From an uncultured Coxiellaceae bacterium (GTDB lineage: Bacteria; Pseudomonadota; Gammaproteobacteria; DASZBR01): 64,000 nt of DNA. A program made the translations under genes and the position numbers. A model generated the notes under the pieces. It was not told the DNA's origin. It saw only the letters and a program-made list of their open reading frames with translations, and did not search any database. Location of the stretch: assembly GCA_964559315.1 (NCBI GenBank), contig CAZLGL010000010.1, positions 7,624 through 71,623 of the forward strand, given 5' to 3'. Below, in pieces: positions 26,466-35,315 of this stretch; position 1 is the stretch's first letter; the number at the start of each line of letters is the position of its first letter.

Positions 26466-27401
26466 TTATAATGATTTTGGAGCAATATCGTCCAGATAAT
26501 CTTTTACACCAGAAGCGACATTTTTAAAAGTATGGGTGCATCCGACTTTTTCAAGTAGCGTCATGTCTGCTTCGGTAAAATGCTGATAGCGATTTTTGAG
26601 CTGTTCGGGGAAGGGGATGTAGACGATTTCACCGCCACCGTGCCATTTCAGGACAGCGTGAGCGACTTCGTTGAATGACTGGCTTCGACCGGTGCCCAAG
26701 TTGAAGATACCCGAGGTGTCGGGGTTGTCTAAAAACCAGAGGTTTACCGCGGCGACATCTTTGACGTAAATAAAGTCGCGACGTTGTTCGCCATTCTCGT
26801 ACCCGCCGCTGCCTTCAAACAATTTTACTTTGTTTTCAGCTAAAAATTGGTTATGGCAGTGAAAGGCAACACTGGCCATTTTATTTTTATGGAATTCGCG
26901 CGGGCCATAGACATTAAAATAACGTAATCCCACAACTTGGTTGGATTTATGATTTTTCCGAACGTATTGATCAAATAATAATTTGGAATAACCATAAACA
27001 TTCAACGGTTGTTCATACGCGGGATCGACTTTGCAAACGGTATTAGAGCCATACACAGCAGCGCTGGAGGCATAAATAAAGCTGGCTTTTTTAGTTTCAG
27101 CGAAGTGAAATAATTTCTTGGAATACTCGTAATTATTTTCCATCATATATTTACCGTTCCATTCGGTGGTATCGGAGCATGCGCCTTCGTGAAAGATGGC
27201 TCTGATTTTGCCGAGTGAGTCCAATTTTAATAAAAATTCATCTTTGTCGATGTAATCATGAAATTTGAGATCGACGAGATTTTTAAATTTAGTGCCGTCA
27301 GTGAGATCATCCACGATGATAATATTTTCTTCACCACGAAGATTAAGTGCGTGAACGATATTGCTGCCGATGAATCCTGCACCGCCGGTGACTATAATCA
27401 T
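26466..27401 (-). CDS. hldD: ADP-L-glycero-D-manno-heptose 6-epimerase
   Basis: [16 protein letters not shown] forms the Rossmann motif, YGYSK the catalytic motif, and the length is 311 aa. Confidence 0.85.
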   Translation of the reverse strand: MIIVTGGAGFIGSNIVHALNLRGEENIIIVDDLTDGTKFKNLVDLKFHDYIDKDEFLLKLDSLGKIRAIFHEGACSDTTEWNGKYMMENNYEYSKKLFHFAETKKASFIYASSAAVYGSNTVCKVDPAYEQPLNVYGYSKLLFDQYVRKNHKSNQVVGLRYFNVYGPREFHKNKMASVAFHCHNQFLAENKVKLFEGSGGYENGEQRRDFIYVKDVAAVNLWFLDNPDTSGIFNLGTGRSQSFNEVAHAVLKWHGGGEIVYIPFPEQLKNRYQHFTEADMTLLEKVGCTHTFKNVASGVKDYLDDIAPKSL

Positions 27402-27420
27402 GTCTTCTCCTACTAAATTC

Positions 27421-27441
27421 CTTCCCTCTTTATGAGGGAAG
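27421..27441 (-). terminator. Hairpin after the DUF185 methyltransferase gene
   Basis: CTTCCCTC-tttat-GAGGGAAG, followed by a second small GC hairpin, GGCGC-gga-GCGCC. The U-tract is weak. Confidence 0.35.
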
Positions 27442-27476
27442 GTGGCGCGGAGCGCCGGATGGGTGTGACGAATCTT

Positions 27477-28526
27477 CTATAACCTATTTAATCTATCCTG
27501 CATTCTAAAGCCTGGAATGATTTTCTCCCAGTCTTTTGTGAGCCCAATCACTTTAAATAATTCACCCATTTCACTGGGAAGCGTGAGCATTTTGATGGCA
27601 GATGCGTCGTTTTCGGCATCTGCAAAATCCAACAGTTTATTTTCCAATAAAAATGCGGCTTGTGTTGTATATCCCATCACGTCCAAGTCATTTTCAACAG
27701 CGGCTTCCGCTATCGCGGTAAAATCGACATGGGCGGTAATATCTTGCTCGCCGGGTTTATATAACGGATCCGAATGCGCACGATGTTGATAATGACACAT
27801 GAGTGTTCCCATGGACCGTTCGGGATGATAGAACTCGTGACGCGGAAAGCCGTAATCAATAATTAAAATTGCGCCAGAATCTAAACATTCACTCACACTT
27901 TTAATCCACGGTTTAAGCCATAAATGGATTTCGCTGGAGTAATTATTAGGTAAATCTAAGTTTTTAACAAAATTAATTATAGTTTTGTTTTGCGACGGTT
28001 CGGTAACAAAAATAAAACCATTATTTTTTTCAGCAACACAGTATTCCCAGACTTTATTATCTTTCCACAAAAATTTTGTGGCCGGAAACGCATCGATGAC
28101 TTCGTTAGCAATAATGGCGCCCGTAAAATTTTTTGGTAATTCTGTAAGCCAATTAATTTTATGACCGTAATTTTTTAGTTGTTCTTTTTGTCGTTGTTGA
28201 AGTTCGCTGCTAGGCTCTAAAATCCAGTATTTCTCCAGGGTTTGGTGATTCTCGATGATGCTTTTGGCGAGAGCACCCGTGCCTGCACCAAATTCTAAAA
28301 TTTCCGTAAAATCTGCTAAGGCATGACTGATACATTGTCCGAATAAAGGTGACAGTTCGGGGGCTGTGATAAAGTCGCCTTTCGGTCCAAATTTTTCTAA
28401 GCCATTGGTATAGTACCCGAGCCCCGGAGAATAGAGGGCTAATTCCATAAACGTGGAGAAGGGAATTTTGCCGTCAGCAGCCGAGATTTTTTCAGAAATA
28501 AGCCTTTCGAGGGCATTTTTTTGCAT
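27477..28526 (-). CDS. Class I SAM-dependent methyltransferase, DUF185/MidA (NDUFAF7-like) family
   Basis: GPKGDFITAPELSPLFG and ILEFGAGTGALA motifs are present. The length is 349 aa. Confidence 0.75.
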   Translation of the reverse strand: MQKNALERLISEKISAADGKIPFSTFMELALYSPGLGYYTNGLEKFGPKGDFITAPELSPLFGQCISHALADFTEILEFGAGTGALAKSIIENHQTLEKYWILEPSSELQQRQKEQLKNYGHKINWLTELPKNFTGAIIANEVIDAFPATKFLWKDNKVWEYCVAEKNNGFIFVTEPSQNKTIINFVKNLDLPNNYSSEIHLWLKPWIKSVSECLDSGAILIIDYGFPRHEFYHPERSMGTLMCHYQHRAHSDPLYKPGEQDITAHVDFTAIAEAAVENDLDVMGYTTQAAFLLENKLLDFADAENDASAIKMLTLPSEMGELFKVIGLTKDWEKIIPGFRMQDRLNRL

Positions 28527-28529
28527 TTC

Positions 28530-28566
28530 TTAAGGTTTCCTTAAGGTATTCAAAAGGACATATATT
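28530..28566 (+). promoter_or_regulatory. Tandem cTTAAGgt repeats (11-bp period) plus a -10 element; PmrA-box-like promoter
   Basis: cTTAAGGTT-tc-cTTAAGGTA (28529-28548) is followed ~13 nt later by TATATTATAAG. It has the same TTAA-N7-TTAA geometry as the Legionella/Coxiella PmrA element (cTTAATatT tandem). Confidence 0.4.
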
Positions 28567-28603
28567 ATAAGATACGGCGCAGTGAAATAGTACAGAGATT
28601 GAT

Positions 28604-30499
28604 ATGACTTTTGAGTTTTCACCTCAATCAGCAAAAAGTATGCCTCCGTTGCCACGGAAACGTACCCCTACATCTTTAGCTATGACAGATGAAAAATCAC
28701 CGGCATCGGTTTCGCCCAAATATGGTTTTGGGATAGATGAATTTCTGGAAGAGTTTAAATTTTTATCAGGTCTTGATTCCACGCTTCTTAATAATGCGTC
28801 GGATTATAAAATTGAAAAAAACCGTTTATATTTTTTGATTACGTGGGGTGAGAAGCTTCGTGAAGTATTGTTGCGTGAACGAAAAACACTTCAGTTTGAG
28901 GGTAGAGCATTCGATGCTCTTGTGTTGATTCTATATAGATTAAACTATGCGTTTGATGAAGCAATTAAAAAGACGAACATTGAAGCAAAAGCATCGAAGT
29001 CTAATGTCTACGACTTTGGCTTGAAGAAGTTTCTTCAGCAATATGCGACTGTAATTTCTCCTAAGTTAAAGGAATACTTTGAATTTATTCATCAAATTTA
29101 CAATAATCCTTCTGATGAAAATCAGATGTTAGGAGCATTAGTGTTTTGGGTGCGTAAAGCCCAAAAACTATTTCAATTTGATCGTGATGCGTTAACCCTG
29201 CTTGAAGCCATTAAATTTAGATTGCGTGTTGGTTTGTTGATTAATGAAGTTTTAGAGAGTACTTCGCAAAAGATGGCTTTATTAAGCAGTAAGAAAAATG
29301 AGTTGAATAAAAAATTAAAAGCTGTGAAAGCATTAGAACCTGAAAAACAGACAATAAATAACGCATTATCGAAAATTGTAGAGGAAATGAATCATCAGCC
29401 GCTCAGTAAAAGTTTAATTGAAATGCTGAAAAAATTATCAGAATCAGATGTCTCTATTGAGATGCCCATCGTTGTTTGTGAAACAAAAGCTGAAAAATCA
29501 TTAGTCGATAAAATTCAAAAAAATATAAAACGCTATAATAAGCGGGTAGAGTCATTTTCATTAAGAAAACCACCTGAGATGAACGCTTTAACTGAAAGCG
29601 AAACATCAGAAACACAGGTTGAATCAGAAGAAACTTCTCAGGAGTCTCGAGAGGAGCAAGCGTTTTTTGAGGCGATAGCTCGTATGCGTGCTCGGCGATA
29701 CAGTGATGCAAGATTTGGTTTGGAATCACCTTCGCCTCTGTCACTTTTAAAAAAAGATACGGAGTCAGCGTTATCTGATGTTGAAGAGCAAGAAGCAGAA
29801 CCGGTTAAAGTATGGTGCTTCAACACGCAGAAGGTTGAAAGCGAGTTAAAAAAAATAATGCAGAACATAGAGGACAAAAATAAACAGCTGTTGAGATTGC
29901 GCAAAATCAATATTGAATATGCAAGAAGTGTTGAAGAATTAAAAACGGAGATGTTTCGTTCAATGCCAGAAGTCGTCAAATCAAAAACGATTAAAGCTTT
30001 AAAAAACATAGACCAGAAATATCACGAATATAAAACCGCAGAAAATAAAGACGCCGTTCTAAAACAAGCTGTCATGACATCGTGGGATCGCATATGCGAG
30101 AAGTTGGGAGTGGCACTTTCGACAAGACATGCTGCAAGAAAAACTGAAATCCAAAAATATTTTCAAGCATTGGATGCGCGTGCTCAATTAGAAGCAGGTT
30201 TGCAAATCGGAAATGATGGCAAAATCGCGTCGAGCTTCAATAAGCTCACTGTTTCAGAAGGTTATTTGAACTTATGGAAGCGTCTTTGTGAAACTAAAAA
30301 TAAAGTGTCAGAAAATACTGCAAGCGGAAATAAGATTTTAGCTGAGATTGAAGAGCAACAAGAAAGATTAAAGCAAATTCAAGCTGAGCAAAAACATCAG
30401 GACGATTCAGAATTGGATGTAAAGAGTGAACAAGAGCAAAGGGTTGATGCTAAGACGAAGGAGCCATTGCAAACCAGTGGATTTATGTTGGAACTATAA
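28604..30499 (+). CDS. Hypothetical coiled-coil protein, effector-like
   Basis: 631 aa with no signal peptide and no TM. It has long Lys/Glu-rich helices, an acidic Ser/Thr/Glu tract (TESETSETQVESEETSQESREEQ) and a Glu-rich C-terminal 30 aa. I recognise no family. Confidence 0.6.
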   Translation: MTFEFSPQSAKSMPPLPRKRTPTSLAMTDEKSPASVSPKYGFGIDEFLEEFKFLSGLDSTLLNNASDYKIEKNRLYFLITWGEKLREVLLRERKTLQFEGRAFDALVLILYRLNYAFDEAIKKTNIEAKASKSNVYDFGLKKFLQQYATVISPKLKEYFEFIHQIYNNPSDENQMLGALVFWVRKAQKLFQFDRDALTLLEAIKFRLRVGLLINEVLESTSQKMALLSSKKNELNKKLKAVKALEPEKQTINNALSKIVEEMNHQPLSKSLIEMLKKLSESDVSIEMPIVVCETKAEKSLVDKIQKNIKRYNKRVESFSLRKPPEMNALTESETSETQVESEETSQESREEQAFFEAIARMRARRYSDARFGLESPSPLSLLKKDTESALSDVEEQEAEPVKVWCFNTQKVESELKKIMQNIEDKNKQLLRLRKINIEYARSVEELKTEMFRSMPEVVKSKTIKALKNIDQKYHEYKTAENKDAVLKQAVMTSWDRICEKLGVALSTRHAARKTEIQKYFQALDARAQLEAGLQIGNDGKIASSFNKLTVSEGYLNLWKRLCETKNKVSENTASGNKILAEIEEQQERLKQIQAEQKHQDDSELDVKSEQEQRVDAKTKEPLQTSGFMLEL

Positions 30500-30528
30500 T
30501 TTATATAACTAAGAAGGTAACTATACTA

Positions 30529-31761
30529 ATGAACGAACTAATAACAGATCTCGAATCATATTTAAATAAAGGTGAACTACAAGCGCATCAGCTGTCTGAA
30601 CTCAACGCGCTCGTCAACAAAATCTCCAATGGGGCGCTTATTGTTTCATCGCAAGAAGTCTGCGAAAAAATTATTTCCTTTGCCGAAACGTTAGTTAGCG
30701 AAAGCCGTGAAAAAAAAGATTTGCATGATGTCCTTTATCGTCATTTTCCTGACGCTTATTTGAGCGTTATTGAGCGTATCCAAACTCAATTAGATTTACT
30801 GAATAACCTGGAAGTTATTGTTGAAGATAAAAAAATTGACCTTGGTGTTCGCAAAAAGCTGTCGAATTTTTTGGCGAGATTGAAAGCGCAATCTTATCCG
30901 TTGAGTGTATTGTTTCGCGAAATTTTGGCGTGGGTAAAAGACTTTGAAAAGTCGCACACTTTTGATATGGATGAAGATTTAACTTGGAAAGAAACGATTA
31001 ATGAAGTACTCGAGAAATTTTCGCCTGAAATGAGCTTTAAATTGGCTGTATTTAATATTCTCTGTGCGCATTATCCTAAAAACAATTTTGGCTCTAACGG
31101 TTATTTGGATAAATTAAGTCCAAGTGAATTTTGCTGTGCGATTTATATGCTTATGGAGCAAGAAGAGTGTTCTTCAACGTGTAGTAGAAAAAATAAAGAA
31201 GCATTGCTTGCGAAAGTATTTGAAATGGATAAAGAATATTTGGATGCAAAATCACCTTCTACGGAAAATGCACATCCGTTACTGGATGTGGACACTTTGG
31301 TTTGTGCGTTAAATCATTGTCTCACTGTGACACCTGGTTTTAGCACAATGCAGCAGAATTTGGATCTGCTCTTGACAAATTTAGCAGGTAGCAATGATCT
31401 TCAGTCTGGGGATGTTTTTAAAGCGTTGGAAGCATGGGCAGGTAGTGCTCAGCATCAAACAAAAGATGAGAACCTTAGAGCAGTGTTGAGAGAATTTGAG
31501 TTCAAAATTTCTCTTGCGTGTTTAGTTCAACAAAAAAAAGCTGAGTGTTCGAGTTATATGTTGAACAAAGTCAGGAATGGTTTATTGGGAGAGAAATCTG
31601 TAGAAGAGGGTGGTAAGTATTTTGCTGTCCCTCCTCACGTTTCTCATGCGGATGGACAGCTGTTTTTGAATGTTAAACGTCGTTGCAGAAAATATCTTCA
31701 GCCATCCCAAAATGTTTCTCTGAAAACTGAATCACTTAATATTCCCTTAAGGTTATTCTGA
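30529..31761 (+). CDS. Hypothetical helical protein, effector-like
   Basis: 410 aa, starting 29 nt after the previous gene (probable operon). No known motifs. Confidence 0.55.
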   Translation: MNELITDLESYLNKGELQAHQLSELNALVNKISNGALIVSSQEVCEKIISFAETLVSESREKKDLHDVLYRHFPDAYLSVIERIQTQLDLLNNLEVIVEDKKIDLGVRKKLSNFLARLKAQSYPLSVLFREILAWVKDFEKSHTFDMDEDLTWKETINEVLEKFSPEMSFKLAVFNILCAHYPKNNFGSNGYLDKLSPSEFCCAIYMLMEQEECSSTCSRKNKEALLAKVFEMDKEYLDAKSPSTENAHPLLDVDTLVCALNHCLTVTPGFSTMQQNLDLLLTNLAGSNDLQSGDVFKALEAWAGSAQHQTKDENLRAVLREFEFKISLACLVQQKKAECSSYMLNKVRNGLLGEKSVEEGGKYFAVPPHVSHADGQLFLNVKRRCRKYLQPSQNVSLKTESLNIPLRLF

Positions 31762-31926
31762 TAAGCTGAGCTTACTTCAATAAGTCCATGATGCCGGCAA
31801 CGGTGCAAAGAGCCTGCCATAACCTACTGGTTTGATTGCATAAGCACGCATACAACCTTAGAATGGCTATTCCTTATATATATAAATAAGAAGAAAAGAC
31901 TAAAATTCGTATAATTGGGGGTGGGT

Positions 31927-33912
31927 ATGGAAGATCAACGTCAGCGTGTTCTTAAATCTTTAGAAGTTTTGATTGCGCCTCTTACAGAAAAGAAATTTGA
32001 TAAGCCTGAACAGGCGATGGCCTTCGCTGTAGTCGAAGAGATATTTATTAACAGGCTGAAAAGATTAAGTGACATTAGTCAATCCTCAAAAAATTTTCTT
32101 GTTGTCTGCGCTGATTTGTATGTTGCAGCGATGAAGTTTGATGAAGTATTTCGTTCTGTGGGCGTTTCTTCTTTTTCTATTACGCTTCCTATTAATATTC
32201 CTGGTCGCCAAAAATCTACGCTTTTTTTAGATATTCAGAAAGTGCTTGAGGGACTTAGTTTCCAAGATTCTTTACGTTTGCAAATACTGACTGCATTGAA
32301 AATCTATGCAGATAGCCAACCGAAAGAAAGAAGCGCAGATGATAGTGTAATTGAGGTATGGATAAATTCTGCTGCAAGTCCTGAAATGGCTCTGCAAACG
32401 TTGATGCCGGTGTTGAATGAAAATATAACTTCCGCGTTTCAGGGCAAGGGCAACACAAGCAAAGATAAAGACTTGCTTGTCAATTTAGAAAAAACAGCTA
32501 AATCTGTTGCTGAGCTGGCTTACTTTGAGCACGACATAGATCAAAAAGTCAGATTTCAGAGAAAAACTTCTAGAACTGCAGAAGTTGTTACTGGTACGTC
32601 TGATGATCAACTAAAGTCTGAACCTGGCTCTCCGACTGTTGTTACTGTATTGCCTCGTTCAAGGTCTTCTCGACCATCAACGCCAACGGGAGAGAAGCAG
32701 GGTCCGAAAAAAAATCGAAGAAGAAAAAAAGATTCAGAAACCCAACAAGAGGGTGAAGAAAAGGTCTTAGCAGTAACTCCACCGACTATTCCAGCAAGTG
32801 AAACTCAAACAAATCACGATGATACTGTTTTGCAAGCGGAAAAAGCGCGGCAAGAAAGAGAGCGCGCAGAAGCTGAGCAAAGAGAAGCAGCACAACGCTT
32901 AGTTAAGCTTCAGGAAGAAGAAGCTAGAAGAGCGGCAGAAGCTAAAGTTAAAGCTGAGGCTGAAGCCGAGGCAAAAAGAAAGTTAGAAGAACAACAACGG
33001 CAAAGAGAAGCCGAAGAAAGAGCGGAGGAAGAAGAGCGTGCTCGAAAATTGTCTGAATATCTGTTGGCGCAGGATAAAAAAATGAAAGAAGAAGATGCCA
33101 AGAAAAAGGCGTTGGATGCTAAGAAGCAAAAACTACAAAATGAAAAAGAGGTTCAAACGGCAAATCTTAAAGAGTTAAGTACAAGATTAGGTGAAATTGA
33201 CGAAGCGATACGATCGCATCAAGAATCATTGGCGAGAGTCAATGCAGATATTGGGGTCGCAAAATCAACCGTTAATGACAGTATGCAACGTGAGCTTAAA
33301 ACTAAGCGCGAAGGATTGGTACCTTTTAAAGGACTGCGCAGTGGCAGAGTTAAAGAAATTGAAACTGTGGGTACAAATTATGCTAATGCTAAGGATGTCA
33401 GTACGCTAGAAAGTACTGTCAGTGCATTGGCTAATACGGGGATATATTATTTTTCTCTGCTGCGCTCACTTTTCTCTTCATCATATGATGCAAGAAGAAA
33501 ATCATTTGAAAAATATCTTCAAGATTGCTACGCCGCTCAGCTCGTGACAGATAAGTTAAATTCAGCATCGGATGATGACAATGCAGCTCAACCAACACTG
33601 GTTGAGATTGGAAACAGTTTAAAAGCTTCTTTGCCTCAGTCATATAGAACATACATGGGGCTTAATCAGCCGAACGAGCAATTGCTTCAGGAGGGCGTAG
33701 CTGTTAGAAACAGTCCTTGTGATCTTTTAGAGGTTAGGTTAAAGAGCAAAAAAGAAGCTTTGGGTCAAATAGGTCAATTGCGAACGGAACGTGAGCGATT
33801 GGTGGCTGAACAACCCAAACTTCGCTCAAGACTTGATGAGATTGATGCAGAATTTAAAACGCTGGACGGTCAGGGAGCCCAAAAAAATCAGGTCTTTTCT
33901 CTGGTAAACTAG
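31927..33912 (+). CDS. Hypothetical protein with a basic NLS-like cluster and a long E/R/K/A charged helix
   Basis: ATG at 31927 follows GGGGGTGGG. PKKNRRRKK is present. About 110 aa are of the type EKARQERERAEAEQREAAQRL..AEAKVKAEAEAEAKRKLEEQQRQREAEERAEEEERARK. Confidence 0.6.
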   Translation: MEDQRQRVLKSLEVLIAPLTEKKFDKPEQAMAFAVVEEIFINRLKRLSDISQSSKNFLVVCADLYVAAMKFDEVFRSVGVSSFSITLPINIPGRQKSTLFLDIQKVLEGLSFQDSLRLQILTALKIYADSQPKERSADDSVIEVWINSAASPEMALQTLMPVLNENITSAFQGKGNTSKDKDLLVNLEKTAKSVAELAYFEHDIDQKVRFQRKTSRTAEVVTGTSDDQLKSEPGSPTVVTVLPRSRSSRPSTPTGEKQGPKKNRRRKKDSETQQEGEEKVLAVTPPTIPASETQTNHDDTVLQAEKARQERERAEAEQREAAQRLVKLQEEEARRAAEAKVKAEAEAEAKRKLEEQQRQREAEERAEEEERARKLSEYLLAQDKKMKEEDAKKKALDAKKQKLQNEKEVQTANLKELSTRLGEIDEAIRSHQESLARVNADIGVAKSTVNDSMQRELKTKREGLVPFKGLRSGRVKEIETVGTNYANAKDVSTLESTVSALANTGIYYFSLLRSLFSSSYDARRKSFEKYLQDCYAAQLVTDKLNSASDDDNAAQPTLVEIGNSLKASLPQSYRTYMGLNQPNEQLLQEGVAVRNSPCDLLEVRLKSKKEALGQIGQLRTERERLVAEQPKLRSRLDEIDAEFKTLDGQGAQKNQVFSLVN

Positions 33913-33929
33913 CGTATAATCGGGGGCCT

Positions 33930-35315
33930 ATGCCCCCGATCGATACACTAAAACGCATCATATTACCTATCGTCTCCCTGGCTCTCTTTATGGAGTCCGT
34001 GGACACGACGATTATCAATACCGCTATTCCTTCGATGGCACATAGCTTAAACGTCAGCGTCATTGATCTTAAGATTGCATTAATCAGTTATTTATTAAGC
34101 CTCGCTATTTTTATTCCAATCAGCGGATGGCTTGCCGATAAATTCGGTACGCGAAATATATTTTTAAGCGCCATTGCAATTTTTACCCTAAGCTCGTTTT
34201 TTTGCGGATTTGCGACGCATTTATATGAATTAGTCGTCGCACGATTTATTCAAGGATTGGGCGGGGCAATGATGATTCCCGTCGGGCGATTAATTATTGT
34301 GCGATTATTTCATCGCGAAGAATTAATTTCTGCGATGAATCGCGTAATTATTCCGGCATTATTAGGTCCCGCGTTAGGTCCCTTATTGGGCGGAATTATT
34401 TCGGAAGCCTTTTCATGGCGATGGATTTTTTGGGTGAATATTCCCTTCGGGATATTAAATTTTGTGTTGGCGTATTATTGGGTTCAGAATTATCAACAAA
34501 AAAATTTACCACCATTTGATTGGATAGGATTTGTGTTATTCGGTGTGGGTTTAGCCAGTGCCGTATTTGGATTTTCTGCACTGAGTGAAAGTAATTTTCC
34601 CCTAGTGCCCATTGTCTATATTTTTATTGTCGCCATTATTTTATTGGGAAGTTATGCCTATTATTCTACGCACAGTAAACATCCTGTCTTAAACGTAAAA
34701 TTATTTTTAGCGCGAACTTTTCGGGTTGCCGTCATCGGCAATTTAATTACGCGGTTAGGATTCGGTGGTATTCCCTTTTTGCTGCCCTTATTTTTACAGA
34801 TTCCGCTCGGATATACACCTAAGTGGGCAGGGGCTCTTGTCGCCATTACTGCGATTGGCGCAATGTTTATTAAATTTTTCACGAAAGGATTTATTAGACG
34901 CTATGGATTTAAAAAATTATTATTAATTAATACGGTGGGATTAGGATTATGTTTGTGGTTGTTTATGGCGGTAGGTGAAAATACGTCTGCAGGGGTAATT
35001 ATTTTCTTAAGCTTTTTATATGGGGTATTTGCGTCATTACAATATAGCACCATGAATCCATTGGCGTATGCCAAAATTGTTCCAGAAGATTTAAGTAGCG
35101 CAACCAGCATGATGAGTGTGATGCAACAAGTGGCATCCAGTTTTGGTGTAGCCGCAACGGCAATCATTTTACGTTTATCGCATGTGTTAAATTTACATGC
35201 TTTTCATCATGCGTTTTTTATATTGGGTTTAATTACGATTTTATCATCGCTGTTATTTTTAACGCTTAAAAAAGAAGACGGGGAGAGCTTGATTCATGAA
35301 ACAAAACCCGTTTGA
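33930..35315 (+). CDS. MFS transporter, DHA2 (14-TM EmrB/QacA-like) family
   Basis: Motif A-like GWLADKFGTRNIFL, about 14 hydrophobic segments, 461 aa. Confidence 0.8.
   Translation: MPPIDTLKRIILPIVSLALFMESVDTTIINTAIPSMAHSLNVSVIDLKIALISYLLSLAIFIPISGWLADKFGTRNIFLSAIAIFTLSSFFCGFATHLYELVVARFIQGLGGAMMIPVGRLIIVRLFHREELISAMNRVIIPALLGPALGPLLGGIISEAFSWRWIFWVNIPFGILNFVLAYYWVQNYQQKNLPPFDWIGFVLFGVGLASAVFGFSALSESNFPLVPIVYIFIVAIILLGSYAYYSTHSKHPVLNVKLFLARTFRVAVIGNLITRLGFGGIPFLLPLFLQIPLGYTPKWAGALVAITAIGAMFIKFFTKGFIRRYGFKKLLLINTVGLGLCLWLFMAVGENTSAGVIIFLSFLYGVFASLQYSTMNPLAYAKIVPEDLSSATSMMSVMQQVASSFGVAATAIILRLSHVLNLHAFHHAFFILGLITILSSLLFLTLKKEDGESLIHETKPV

Noticed and set aside
32839-33150. Tandem DNA repeat / VNTR in the purine-rich stretch
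   Set aside because: I could find no exact periodic unit. The bias follows from E/K/R/A codon usage of a charged helix, so this is coding low complexity rather than a DNA repeat.
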